Assembly (NCBI GenBank): GCA_030295235.1
Contig: AP026135.1
Coordinates: forward strand, 1 to 64,000
Source of the DNA: Fistulifera solaris
Taxonomy: Eukaryota
Length of the DNA: 64,000 nucleotides
Reading direction: 5' to 3'
Shown here: positions 38,918-49,736 of the stretch, piece after piece
How the letters are laid out: the number at the start of each line of letters is the position of its first letter
How positions within the stretch are numbered: position 1 is the stretch's first letter
Made by a program: the position numbers and the translations under genes
The notes under the pieces: generated by a model
What the model was told of the DNA's origin: nothing
Database searches by the model: none
The model's input: the letters and a program-made list of their open reading frames with translations, nothing else

Positions 38918-40669
38918 ATGAGACACGACGACTTACTTATCACACTAGCTTACTTCTCCATCCCGATACAGCTGCTCATCTCGCTGTATTATTATCCGCT
39001 GTTGAAAGTTACCCCCAAACGATTCCTCGCGCTGATTGTGCTTTTTGCCTTATTCATTATGCTTTGTGGCGTGGGTCACTTGCTTCGAGCGTTCGGAAAA
39101 CACGGCGACGGCTTTGAACTCTTGAACGGCTTAACAGCAGCCATCAGCGTGACGACTGCTCTTTATTTGATTCCTATGATTCCTAATATCATGGCTACGA
39201 TCGAAAATGCGCTCGCTGAATTGAAAATGAAAGAAGAACTAGAAGAAATCAAGAACCGAAAGCTGATGACTTTCATAGGTTTCTTGTGTCATGAAGTTCG
39301 CAACCCGCTCTTTGCGATTACAAGCAGCATTGCATTTATGAAAGAAGGAGGCAACGAGAGTGATCGTGTCAATTGTCTTTGCTCGATTGAGCAAAGCGCG
39401 AATCTCATGCTACGATTAGTGAATGATGTGCTTGATATTAGCAAGCTCGAGTCGGGGAAAGTCGAGCTGGAGTTGAAAGGATTTAATGTTCTGGATCTGT
39501 TGAATGGGATATCCGCGTCTATCCAGACGCAAGTTCGCCATATGCGAGGCGCTACGGTGACTTTCACTTCTCATATAGGAGAAAATGTACCAGCAGTCAT
39601 CGAAACAGACCCCGCTCGGCTGCTTCAGATTGTATACAACTTGCTCTCGAACGCTTCCAAGTTCACTGAGAAAGGGAAGATTGATTTCATGGTAGATGTG
39701 GTACGCTATGATGAGGCTTTTGGAGATGATTCGCATACGGATGAATCATCACTGAGACGCTTACTGACAGGCGATGAGCCCGATTTTTCGGTGCAGTTGC
39801 TAGCGAGCGATGATCAAGCGTTCGTCTCCGGAAATCGTTCGGACCAACATGTTCTCAAAATCGTGGTAGCAGATACTGGGTGCGGAATCGCTCCCGATCG
39901 AATCAATGATATCTTTCGACCTTTCAATCAATCCAAAGTGTCAGATTTTAGAAAGTTCGGAGGGACTGGTCTGGGTCTAAGCATCATTGCGCAACTTACA
40001 AAGGTGATGTCAGGAAGGATTCAAGTCGATTCGAAAGAGAACGAAGGATCGATTTTCACTGTTTATTTACCCGTGCTAATCCCCACAACTCTCCAAGCAC
40101 CTCCGATGCTAGATACCGAATCAATACTACATGACTCCATCAAGAACAGTCGCTTACCGCCTATGCTCATAAATGAAGGCAGCATAGAATTTGAAGATGT
40201 AGTTGGACACGAGGCAGCATCTGCCATGGCAATTGCACCGCCTTCCGTCCGTGACATTGATGAGCTCGGAATTCTACCAAAGAAAAGTAGGGTTTTAGTT
40301 GTTGACGACAACACCGTGAATCGGAAAATTCTAGGACGAATGTTGGCGAGCTTCCAACTGGAGGTAGAGTTTGCTACAAATGGACAGGAAGCGGTGGATA
40401 TTCTCACAAGTGTACCTGGTTTTGGATTGGTATTGATGGACTTGGATATGCCTGTGTTAGATGGTATATCTGCAACCCGAGTGATTCGGCGAGACTTGGG
40501 TTTGACAGATCTGCCCATCATTGCCCTGACGGCATTTGCGGTCCAAACACAAGCGACGGACGCCCTGGATGCCGGGGTGACAGAATTTGCGACAAAACCT
40601 ATTCTCAAAGAGGACTTGCGACAGAAGTGCTGTCGGTATTTATTGAATAGGACAGACGAGATCGTCTAA
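38918..40669 (+). CDS. Ethylene-receptor-like hybrid histidine kinase 1 (3-TM ethylene-binding domain, HisKA, HATPase, REC)
   Basis: DDLLITLAYFSIP...FIMLCGVGHL...LTAAISVTTALYL.P.IP aligns by eye with the ETR1 ethylene-binding domain; H-box LCHEVRNPL, N-box NLLSNASKFT, G1 DTGCGI, G2 GGTGLGL, receiver VVDDN/LMD/KP; ATG placed at 38918 by comparison with the paralog. Confidence 0.9.
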   Translation: MRHDDLLITLAYFSIPIQLLISLYYYPLLKVTPKRFLALIVLFALFIMLCGVGHLLRAFGKHGDGFELLNGLTAAISVTTALYLIPMIPNIMATIENALAELKMKEELEEIKNRKLMTFIGFLCHEVRNPLFAITSSIAFMKEGGNESDRVNCLCSIEQSANLMLRLVNDVLDISKLESGKVELELKGFNVLDLLNGISASIQTQVRHMRGATVTFTSHIGENVPAVIETDPARLLQIVYNLLSNASKFTEKGKIDFMVDVVRYDEAFGDDSHTDESSLRRLLTGDEPDFSVQLLASDDQAFVSGNRSDQHVLKIVVADTGCGIAPDRINDIFRPFNQSKVSDFRKFGGTGLGLSIIAQLTKVMSGRIQVDSKENEGSIFTVYLPVLIPTTLQAPPMLDTESILHDSIKNSRLPPMLINEGSIEFEDVVGHEAASAMAIAPPSVRDIDELGILPKKSRVLVVDDNTVNRKILGRMLASFQLEVEFATNGQEAVDILTSVPGFGLVLMDLDMPVLDGISATRVIRRDLGLTDLPIIALTAFAVQTQATDALDAGVTEFATKPILKEDLRQKCCRYLLNRTDEIV

Positions 40670-41802
40670 GTCAAAATCTTCATCAGTAAATTTAGGAAGC
40701 TAGACACTAAAATGAACAATTATGTTGATCTATTTGGAGTTTTTCATCATTCTGAGTATGCTATGCCGAGGAAAGGCGCTAGTCTTCAGTGTCGTCGACG
40801 ATACAGTATAAAATGGCTTGAGTCCGACCAAAACCTCATGACTCACGACTCACGACCCACCATCGCAGGTGGTTGTTAGTTGTTGGTACTTGTAATAAAG
40901 CCTAAACAGGAAACTGCTCCAAAGGAGAATACTTTCACTCAACAACTATCATCATCATTCATTCTATGTTCTGAAAAAATTCCTACACGGAGTTTAAATT
41001 GACTCATGACCATCCTAGCTCGTCTCTCACTCATGCGCATCGGTACCCAGTCTTTAAGTAAAATTAATCGTTTACATAGTCACACACGTTTACCGGTATT
41101 ATTGCAGTCATTACCTGGTGAGAGAAAGTGAAACCCGACTCGGCACCCGACCAGCAGCAGATGGCAGATGTCTGGATTTTAGATTTTGGACAGCAGGGAA
41201 CAATACACTTCTTCAAAGTTCAATGCTCCGTGATGATGCAAAGAAGCTACTTTTTCGGAAAGAGTACCAAATACTGTAAACGTACTTCTTTGAAAGTCAA
41301 CGAAATTTTTTTTAACATTAAGTATTTATTCCAAATAAGATTCGGAATTCGGACGACTTGTTTCTGTGGCTTCTGGTCGTCAGAGACACTGATTGATGAA
41401 TCATCACTCATCACTACTTTGTATACACTATCACCTATCCCCTGGTGCCATGGTCAATGGTCAATGGTCACACCCGTTTCAAAAGAGACCACGTTTTCTT
41501 GGCTTCTTTGTTTTTCTTTTCCAGGTGAAAACAAGAAAACAATAGCCTACGACTACTACTATCCAGCCTACTCTATACTCTACTCTGCATCATCGATCAT
41601 CGATCATAGCAACTTTTGTCTTTTGTTGACACGTCATCGTTTTAAAGTACGTGGCATCCGGTCTCTAGGTCTAGACTTTGTACGTACACAAGACGCTTAG
41701 CCTTATTTTCACCCGACTAAGTGGAATTGGTTCTATAAAGAGTTTATGTAGCATTTTGTGTTACTGACTACAACCGGAAGCAACAAGTTGTTAAAAAAAT
41801 AT

Positions 41803-41840
41803 TACGTGACACGTGATACGTGATCTGCATTTTTACGTGC
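41803..41840. promoter_or_regulatory. Cluster of four ACGTG (G-box-like) cores upstream of histidine kinase 2
   Basis: tACGTGacACGTGatACGTGatctgcattttTACGTGc; first three spaced 7 bp apart, ~230-260 bp before the ATG at 42064. Confidence 0.35.
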
Positions 41841-42063
41841 TTCGTTTCCGAAATTCGGAAGGTCAAGCTTTGCTGTATGGGCCGTGGTGGGTGTAGGTTG
41901 TAGAGCGATCAAAACGCGACAAATGTCTGCTCGCGGGCTTGCGGATTGCGGACGCTCGCGTTTGCCGTGGAGGACAATCCATTGTCTTCGTTTTATAGTT
42001 CAGAAGGACGTCGATTCGTAAATAATTGCTTGGTAACAAACAAACAAACAATAATCAACTATC

Positions 42064-43809
42064 ATGAGACACGATGACTTACTAATCACATTGGCGTATT
42101 TTTCTATCCCGATACAGATTTTGATTTCTTTGTATTACTATCCGCTGTTAAATGCTACGCCGATACGATTCTTGGCCCTTTTCGTGTTGTTCGCCCTTTT
42201 CATTCTGCTGTGTGGGATAGGGCATCTATTCCGAGCCCTTGGAATACATGGCGATGAATTCGAGCTCTTGAATGGTTTAACGGCCGCAGTCAGTGTCATT
42301 ACCGCACTTTATTTGATTCCCATGATACCCAATATCATGTATACGATTAAAACGGCGTTAGACGATATCATTCTACAAGAAGAATTAAACAAGAATCGAA
42401 AACTAATGGCTTTCATGGGCTTCTTGTGTCACGAAATACGTAATCCGCTCTTTGCGATAACGAGCAGTATTGCCTTTATGAAAGAAGGAGGCAACGAAAA
42501 GGATCGTATCAACTACATTTATGCGATCGAGCAAAGCGCTAATCTCATGCTGCGATTAGTAAACGATGTTCTCGATATTAGCAAGCTCGAATCAGGCAAG
42601 GTTGAGTTAGAAAGGAAAACCTTCAATGTTCTGGATCTTCTGAATGGTATATCAGCTTCCATCCAGTCTCAAGTTCGTCATATGCGAGGGGCTGCAGTTG
42701 CTTTCAATGCTAAAATCAGCCAGAACGTTCCAACTGTCATCGAGGCGGACCCCGCACGACTTCTTCAAATTATTTACAACCTACTATCGAATGCCAGCAA
42801 GTTTACCGAACAAGGAAAAATTGACTTTAAGGTGGATTTAATAGCTTACGAGGATGCTTTCGGAGACGATCCTTCCACCGAGAGCGGTGGACGGCGTTCC
42901 TTGCAGGACGATGAAGCGGATTATTCGGCACGTTTGCTGGAAAGAGATGACTCAGTATCAAAGTCGGCGTATAGACCAGAGCAACATGTCCTCAAAATTG
43001 TGGTTGCAGATACTGGTTGTGGAATCGCGCCAGATCGTATCGTCGACATCTTTCGACCTTTCAACCAGTCCAAAGTCTCCGACTATCGCAAGCACGGAGG
43101 GACAGGTCTTGGTTTGAGCATTATCGCACAGCTGGTTAAAGTCATGGCTGGAAGAATTCAGGTCGACTCGAAAGAAGAAGAAGGATCGACTTTTACGGTT
43201 TACCTACCTGTCTGTTTACCTTCTGCCCTGACAACATCCTCTGCTCTTGATACCGATTCGATCTTGAACGACTCGATTAAGAACAGGCGTTTACCGCCTA
43301 TGCTTACAAACGAGAACAGAATAGATCGCTTTGACGACTCGGAGAACAGCAGCTCGGATTCACCACCGCCGATGTCGCGGCCTCAAACTGACGACGTGGA
43401 CGATTTTCGACATTTGCAGACTGATAGTAAGGTACTAGTGGTCGATGATAACACGGTGAATCGAAAGATTCTTGGACGAATGTTAACGAGTTTCCATCTG
43501 GAGATAGAATTTGCAACAAACGGTCAAGAGGCGGTTGATATTCTTGCCAGCAGATCCGGATTTGACTTAGTACTGATGGATTTGGATATGCCTGTCTTAG
43601 ATGGTATATCGGCAACCCGCATAATCCGGAAAGAACTCAGATTGACCGAGTTACCTGTAATTGCTCTGACAGCATATGCCGTCCAAACACAGGCCAAAGA
43701 GGCACTGGATGCAGGTGTGACGGAATTCGCTACAAAGCCCATCTTGAAGGAAGACTTGCGCCAAATGTGTAGCCGATATTTACTGAAGCGAACGCAGGAG
43801 ATAGTGTAG
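42064..43809 (+). CDS. Ethylene-receptor-like hybrid histidine kinase 2 (tandem paralog)
   Basis: Same architecture and motifs (DDLLITLAYFSIP, FILLCGIGHL, LCHEIRNPL, DTGCGI, GGTGLGL, VVDDN, LMD); intact 581-aa ORF. Confidence 0.92.
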   Translation: MRHDDLLITLAYFSIPIQILISLYYYPLLNATPIRFLALFVLFALFILLCGIGHLFRALGIHGDEFELLNGLTAAVSVITALYLIPMIPNIMYTIKTALDDIILQEELNKNRKLMAFMGFLCHEIRNPLFAITSSIAFMKEGGNEKDRINYIYAIEQSANLMLRLVNDVLDISKLESGKVELERKTFNVLDLLNGISASIQSQVRHMRGAAVAFNAKISQNVPTVIEADPARLLQIIYNLLSNASKFTEQGKIDFKVDLIAYEDAFGDDPSTESGGRRSLQDDEADYSARLLERDDSVSKSAYRPEQHVLKIVVADTGCGIAPDRIVDIFRPFNQSKVSDYRKHGGTGLGLSIIAQLVKVMAGRIQVDSKEEEGSTFTVYLPVCLPSALTTSSALDTDSILNDSIKNRRLPPMLTNENRIDRFDDSENSSSDSPPPMSRPQTDDVDDFRHLQTDSKVLVVDDNTVNRKILGRMLTSFHLEIEFATNGQEAVDILASRSGFDLVLMDLDMPVLDGISATRIIRKELRLTELPVIALTAYAVQTQAKEALDAGVTEFATKPILKEDLRQMCSRYLLKRTQEIV

Positions 43810-43965
43810 TAGCGGCAGCCAGGATGGCCGATTGTCTTTGTAAATTTCACCCACAATTCATTTTTCCGATGACTCCATTAAATGATAAGGACCTTTTCCG
43901 TTAATGATAAAAACATAGAACTTATGGCAACAGCACCATTGTCTTACACGACAGTCACATAAGTT

Positions 43966-44446
43966 TTACTTCTTGAAAGTCGAATACAACTGATACATGC
44001 CCCATATCGGAAACAGCCAAATCCCCCAGGAAATGAATCGTAGTGAAAGGATAGAAGCGTATTGAAGAAAAATAGCCAAGCCCAAGACATCCAACGATTT
44101 TCCTCCCGTCAGTTCACTACCTCTACTGCTCTTCGCGGAAACCGAAGTTGACGTTCCTATGGCAGCGTGCTCTAAAATACCCTTGTAAGCTATGTACTGA
44201 ATCATTATTAGAACAGCTAGTCCGAGCCCTTCCCATTTGAAAGTGCAAGGTCTTGGTGAAACAAATACTCGTATGGCAGCATAAATGAAATTGAGAACCA
44301 AAATGATTGGTTGATAAGTCGATGAAGCCGCCTGACGCGCTGATTTGAGACGATTTTGTTGTGAGACAATATTGTGGGAAACGAAAAAGAGGGTGAGTAC
44401 TTTAATAGTTACCTGCGGTGGCCTTCTTCGCAGCAGCTCCAGCCAT
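43966..44446 (-). CDS. TMEM208/SND2 (DUF788)-like small membrane protein
   Basis: Exon 1 MAGAAAKKATA, intron 44340..44412, then ARQAASSTYQPIILVLNFIY; several TM helices; G.EL.GG..LDVL segment. Confidence 0.6.
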
Positions 44447-45143
44447 GATTTCTCAGAGTACTACTAAAGACGAGACGATTCTTTGCAATTTTGTTATTGT
44501 TATTGTTTGCGAGACAGCTAATGATCATTGCAGCAGAAAATGATAATCGCTGTTTATTTATTGCGTCGCGGACCATCGTAGCTCAAGACTAATGACCGAA
44601 ATGCAGTCTTGCCCAAGTTGATAGTACAAAAAAATTCAACTGGCACAGTCGTTGTTAACGTTAGCCTTCCGTAAGCACTTTCCGACGAAAAGATAAACAA
44701 TGTAAAAGGTACCGGTATTGTTTTGTTTCGTAAACAACGTTGATTAAAGCTTGGAAGCGTGAACAGTAAATAGCAGCCAGTGCGTATAAAGTCATAAAGA
44801 AATGTTACTCATGACTGAAATTCAGTCGTGGTAAAATGGTTGCCTAAATTTTGAGGCTGCAGTAATTATTGGAAAACAACGATCGACCTCAATTTTCTAA
44901 GTAAACGACCGAGGCGAACAATGAAAATGATGTTGATGGTTATCTCATGTGAAGAAGAGCAAATTGAGCTCATAATGTCTGCAGATAGAACCGATTGAAT
45001 CAGCGACCGGGAAGATGTTTTCCAATAAACATAAACAATTATCAAGGTTTGCCTTAATTATTAATAATTGGTTGTCGGTGAATCATTACGTATCTATTTT
45101 ATATTCATCGAACATCTTTTTTAAGGAAATGAAGTCATATTCT

Positions 45144-45749
45144 TCAACTATATCCAGTCGAATCCAGATCTGGGAAGGCGATCCTGGATATTACGTTGAC
45201 GTTCGCGAAGCTGGGGGACTCTCGTAGTCTCGATTTCTTTTCTTGAACAAAGGTTCTTTCTGGAGACAGCTTAGCTCGACAATAGACCGGTGTTTTGTCC
45301 TTCAATCGCCTGCGAGTAGGGGTTCTTCCTCTCGCCTCTGTCCTTCTAGATGCAGAGAGGCTGAGATCATACTTGTTACTATGAGACTTTTTCCCGATCG
45401 GAGACAAGGCGACCCCGTTGAGGTGTTTTCTCACGTCCGTCAGGTCAAAGTTGAGTACAAACGACAAGAGCTTACTGAGTTCTTCATGACATGGAGAAGC
45501 CGGCGTGCTCCCTTCTGTGGAGCGCTTTGGAGAGACACATCGTCTTGGGCAAACCGGTGGCTCATCGACGAAGCGCTCGCCAACCAGAGACCATGTCCAC
45601 CTTTCGCAACCTGTGTTCGGAGAGCTTTTACGAAGCTGTTCATCTGATCTGTGTTTTCTAGCTCTCGAATCGAATCGTTCTGGTCGAATCGGTTGTTGAT
45701 CAGCTGCGTAGGAATGGAAGCGACTCAGGTTCAAAGAATGTCGATGCAT
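45144..45749 (-). CDS. Orphan basic/Ser-rich protein, paralog 1
   Basis: MHRHS...PIRPERFDSR...FVDEPPVCPRR.VSPKRS...PDLDST; conserved with 47433..48019. Confidence 0.6.
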   Translation of the reverse strand: MHRHSLNLSRFHSYAADQQPIRPERFDSRARKHRSDEQLRKSSPNTGCERWTWSLVGERFVDEPPVCPRRCVSPKRSTEGSTPASPCHEELSKLLSFVLNFDLTDVRKHLNGVALSPIGKKSHSNKYDLSLSASRRTEARGRTPTRRRLKDKTPVYCRAKLSPERTFVQEKKSRLRESPSFANVNVISRIAFPDLDSTGYS

Positions 45750-47432
45750 TGCAAGTTTGATAAGAAATGAGTAAGAGAAAGGATACCACTTGAAAGATAG
45801 TTTGCAGACAGCAAAAAGGAACACGAACGGAAGATGTGGCGCGGATGATCTGATTTCTTTTGGTGGTTCCTGAGATTTATGATCGACGTACTTTTTGCGT
45901 CTTGGCAGTTGGCAGCCATCACATAAATTACCCCTTACATAGTCACACCCGTTTCAACTAGTTACTGGTAGTAGCACCCATCACACATCAAACTTCGTTC
46001 TAGCGTCCTTCTTAACGTATCTTTCGATGCTGGTTTTCTCGTATCTTTCCTTTCCTCCATCTTGCATTGTACATTTGAGGATCGTGATTTACAAGATGAG
46101 CGCCAGAAACAGAAAAGAGAAGTGCAACTGCATCATTCACGCCACAAAGGATACCCGGGCAGTACTTGATAATCCGATCGAAAGAGAAACTGCTTTCCGT
46201 GTGCAATAGTTTAGCCCGTAAGCGACGCGATCCTTTGCCACGTGAAGCACCAGTAGTAATCTGGATTCATGAGGCACTTTTTACCTCTTGTGAATCTCAA
46301 AATATGAATCTTGAATCTCTGTCCTCAGTCAGAATGTGAAAAAATCTCTAGCTAGAGACGAAAGATCGGGTCGATACGCGGAGGAACAGGAACAAAGTGG
46401 CGTCAAAAAAGCAGCAGCTGTGTCACGACCGTTAACTTTCGTCTTTTCGTACCACATACAGACGTAGAGCAGTGACGTCAATGGGTGGATGACGAAAAGG
46501 GTGCATGAAGAAAAGATGAAGGAGAACAAAAGCATGAAACACCTTGGCACTTGAGACACTTAGCGCCGAAGCGAACGAAGTTGAAGCCATGTAATCGATA
46601 CTTTTGTACAAAAGATGTGCTCTCAAGTAGCAGAGTCTCAGAAGCGGAGTGAAAGATGTAGTTTCTCACGCTTCTTCGAGGCCTTGATGCGGGTTTCTTG
46701 CTTCTCTTTCGCTCGCTCAATCGATGTGGCCTTTCGAGCCTCGCGGGCGATACGTTGTGGAAACTTTTCACCCAAAAATGCTGATTTGAGTCTTTTCATT
46801 CCCTCGTTCTACAAATCGCAGTGAAGAAAGTGAAAGCGCCAAACCTTCTATTTGCCAGATACGAAATAGATTTTGGAAGATTACCAGATACTTAGGGCAC
46901 GTGCTTTGGTTGCAGTCTTTGCCCAGAAAGCAACGTTTTTAGAAGTATCCGCCGCGTGAAAGCACGATTGTACAAAGGATATTCACCCGAATAGTGTAAA
47001 GATTGTCTCATTGATCAGCGATGACTATGTTTCATGTGAACCGTCATATAGAAGCGATTGCTCTATCTTGAAGCCCATCAGTCGGCAGTCTCTCCTTTTG
47101 TAAATCAGGGTCTCAATATTGGATGTGTCAGCGACAAATCGTGTGTTTGGGCTCTCAGATTGCTGTTTGACGTACAGTATTTGTGAGGTAACAGGAGGCG
47201 TGGTAACGAAAGAGAATGAAGGAACTTTAGTCACAGATAGGACTGACTTTTTTTCTCACGCAATTAAGCCGAATGTTTTCGGCGCACACCACGTTCTTTT
47301 TCGGTTCCAGTCCATTCGCCAATGAGGCTGCAATAAGGACGACTTTTCGCGGTACCACCACTCCTTACAGCAGAATCCTACACACGCCGCAAGAAAGTCT
47401 TGGAGATAACAAAACTATACTATGATCATTAT

Positions 47433-48019
47433 TTAACTATTTTCAGTGGAGTCCAAATCCGGCAATGAGATGTTGGAGTCATTTACGCAACCGGGGGCCT
47501 TGTAAGAAAGTATGTGCTTAAACGAGTCGTCTCTTTTCTGTGGAGAGCGTGGAGGCCTTCGATAGATTGGTATTTTGTCGACATTTTCCTGGCACGTCGG
47601 TGTTCTTTGTCTCATAGCCAACGACAAGTGTCTGAGAGTTTGCACTTCCGTGTCAGTCTTATTATTGGATTGTGTCGGCAGAGCGTCTTTAGTGCTCTCG
47701 TTGCTAAAGCTGCTCAAGTTTAGGCTGAGGGCAAACGATAAGATCTTGCCGATTTCTTCCAGTAGTTGGGACGGTTTTTCGTGTCTGTTGATCTCTTTGG
47801 AGAAACAGATCGTCTCGGGCAGATAGGTGGTTCATCCACAAAGGATTCGCGAAAACGAGACCACTCTCTCGTATCGCATAGCGTAGTCAACGAAATTTGT
47901 TTACACAGCGTGTCTGGTCTTGGTTTTCGGGTCCTAGAATCAAAGCGTTCGGGTCGAATGGGCCGTCGATCCGCCCCGTATGAGTAAAAGCGACTTGATT
48001 GAGAAGGATAGCGGTGCAT
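47433..48019 (-). CDS. Orphan basic/Ser-rich protein, paralog 2 (one frameshift)
   Basis: MHRYP...PIRPERFDSR...FVDEPPICPRRSVSPKRS in 47720..48094 and PDLDST at the end of 47433..47717. Confidence 0.55.
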
Positions 48020-49736
48020 TTCGAATTTGTTCTGTGAAAGATGATACAATCGAGAATCGAATAATCGCACTCGTTCGAGGACGTAGATAAGCAAATCGTT
48101 TCGAATGGGAGAGAATGTTCACTGATAATGTTTTAGCATTCAAGGACAAAAAGAGATAGCAATTCCAATCGTTGCTCGAAGTATGGGCAGATACAGATAC
48201 CCATCATCCACATCACTTTCACGGTTTGTTCTTGGTCGCTGATAGCCAACCGTTGGCATTTGGTTTCGACCAATAGTTCGAAAGGATCTTTTGTCCCATG
48301 TCCAAAGTCTCGTCGGTGCAACTTGTAAGATGTAAGATACTACTACTATTTAACATTAAACCATCCCTGCCATATGCCATATAAATCTTGAATATCGCCT
48401 ACCGCCTACTACTAAAGATGGTGTAAAACAATGACCAGAACAATAAAATGGAAATATTAGTCCCTTCAAAGCTGAACGTTAAAGTCAAGGCGGAGGATAA
48501 CGGCATAAGGGACAAAATGACTTTTGAGATCACAGCCGAACAACCGAAGTAAGCGGCAACAAGCAACACGGCAACATCCGGATACCGGATAACGAGCTGT
48601 AGCACGTAATCCATTTTTCTTCAAAAACAGCTGGACATTGGTTCTCTGAGTATTTCGCTAGTAGTGTCTTATGGTTTTCCGAAAGCAGAGTTCGGCGGAA
48701 ATAGCGAAAAGCGCTCTTTCATTTTCTGATAGTGGATTGTACAATGGCCAAATGGTGTCTGATTCTTCATCGCAGCGTATCTCTGCTCGGAACCATAATG
48801 AATCTTTAAGATCCTGAATCTGAATCTGAATTTGAAGAAGAAATTCGAATCTGCAATCGGAACATTCTATTTTGAAATGTTCCGATGGTTATAGTCCTAG
48901 CGACAAAGCTCCAGCACTTTCCTGCGAGCTACGAAAGCATCTAGAGAGTAGAGAGCGCCGAAAAAGAAGAAGAAGAAGACGTTCCACATTGTTCGCTTTC
49001 TCTCTTCAGGAGAGAAGTTGAGCAGTTTATGTTTTATGTGTCATCGACACTTCAAGAGATAAGTCTCTGTCGATTTTAGTAAGTAAGCAAGGAGGTGGCG
49101 CAGACTCGCTATTCATGGCTAGTTTCTAAAGTTTGTTGGTGAATGATGAATAAATTTCGATTGATCTATGGAGGCTTAGTTCTTGTTTCAATTCCTCTTT
49201 TCGTCTCTGAGCCCCAGCCGTGTCTAGATCTAATGTATATTTTTCGTGCACGAGCAACTTGGAAAAGTTGGATCATTCCGCAGACGAGAAACAACGATAC
49301 ATCTCAGGCCTCGTGACTGAAATCCAGTCTTGGATATAATTGGACGAAGCCTATTTCGGCTTGAGTCTTTACAGTAATCTTCGGGGTCAATAAAAAGGTG
49401 TCGATTGAAAGTCAAAAAAAGACGAAAATGGCATAGCCTCTCTTGATGGCACTCCCCATGATAGGATGTGGGTGCGGGTATGAAATAATCCCAGGATTTG
49501 AATTTTCCTACGAGGCCTGTCCGTAGCAGTGGCGTAGAGACAAAGCGGCACCCGCGAAGGCGCGATAGGTTCCGCGCTTCTCCGCGATCGATCTTGTTTT
49601 CGTGGTTCGGCATTCTCATCGTTTTGGTTGAATGATATTCTTACAGCGAACAATATTCTCTTCCTTTGTTATTGTTTGTGAACGCATCATCAAGTAGAAA
49701 TCGTTCACTTCTCTTTTGATAGTCTTTTGAATTTGT

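Noticed and set aside
46329..46771. Third member of the orphan paralog family
   Set aside because: Arg/Ser-rich but lacks the shared PIRPERFDSR, DEPP and PDLDST motifs; fragmented
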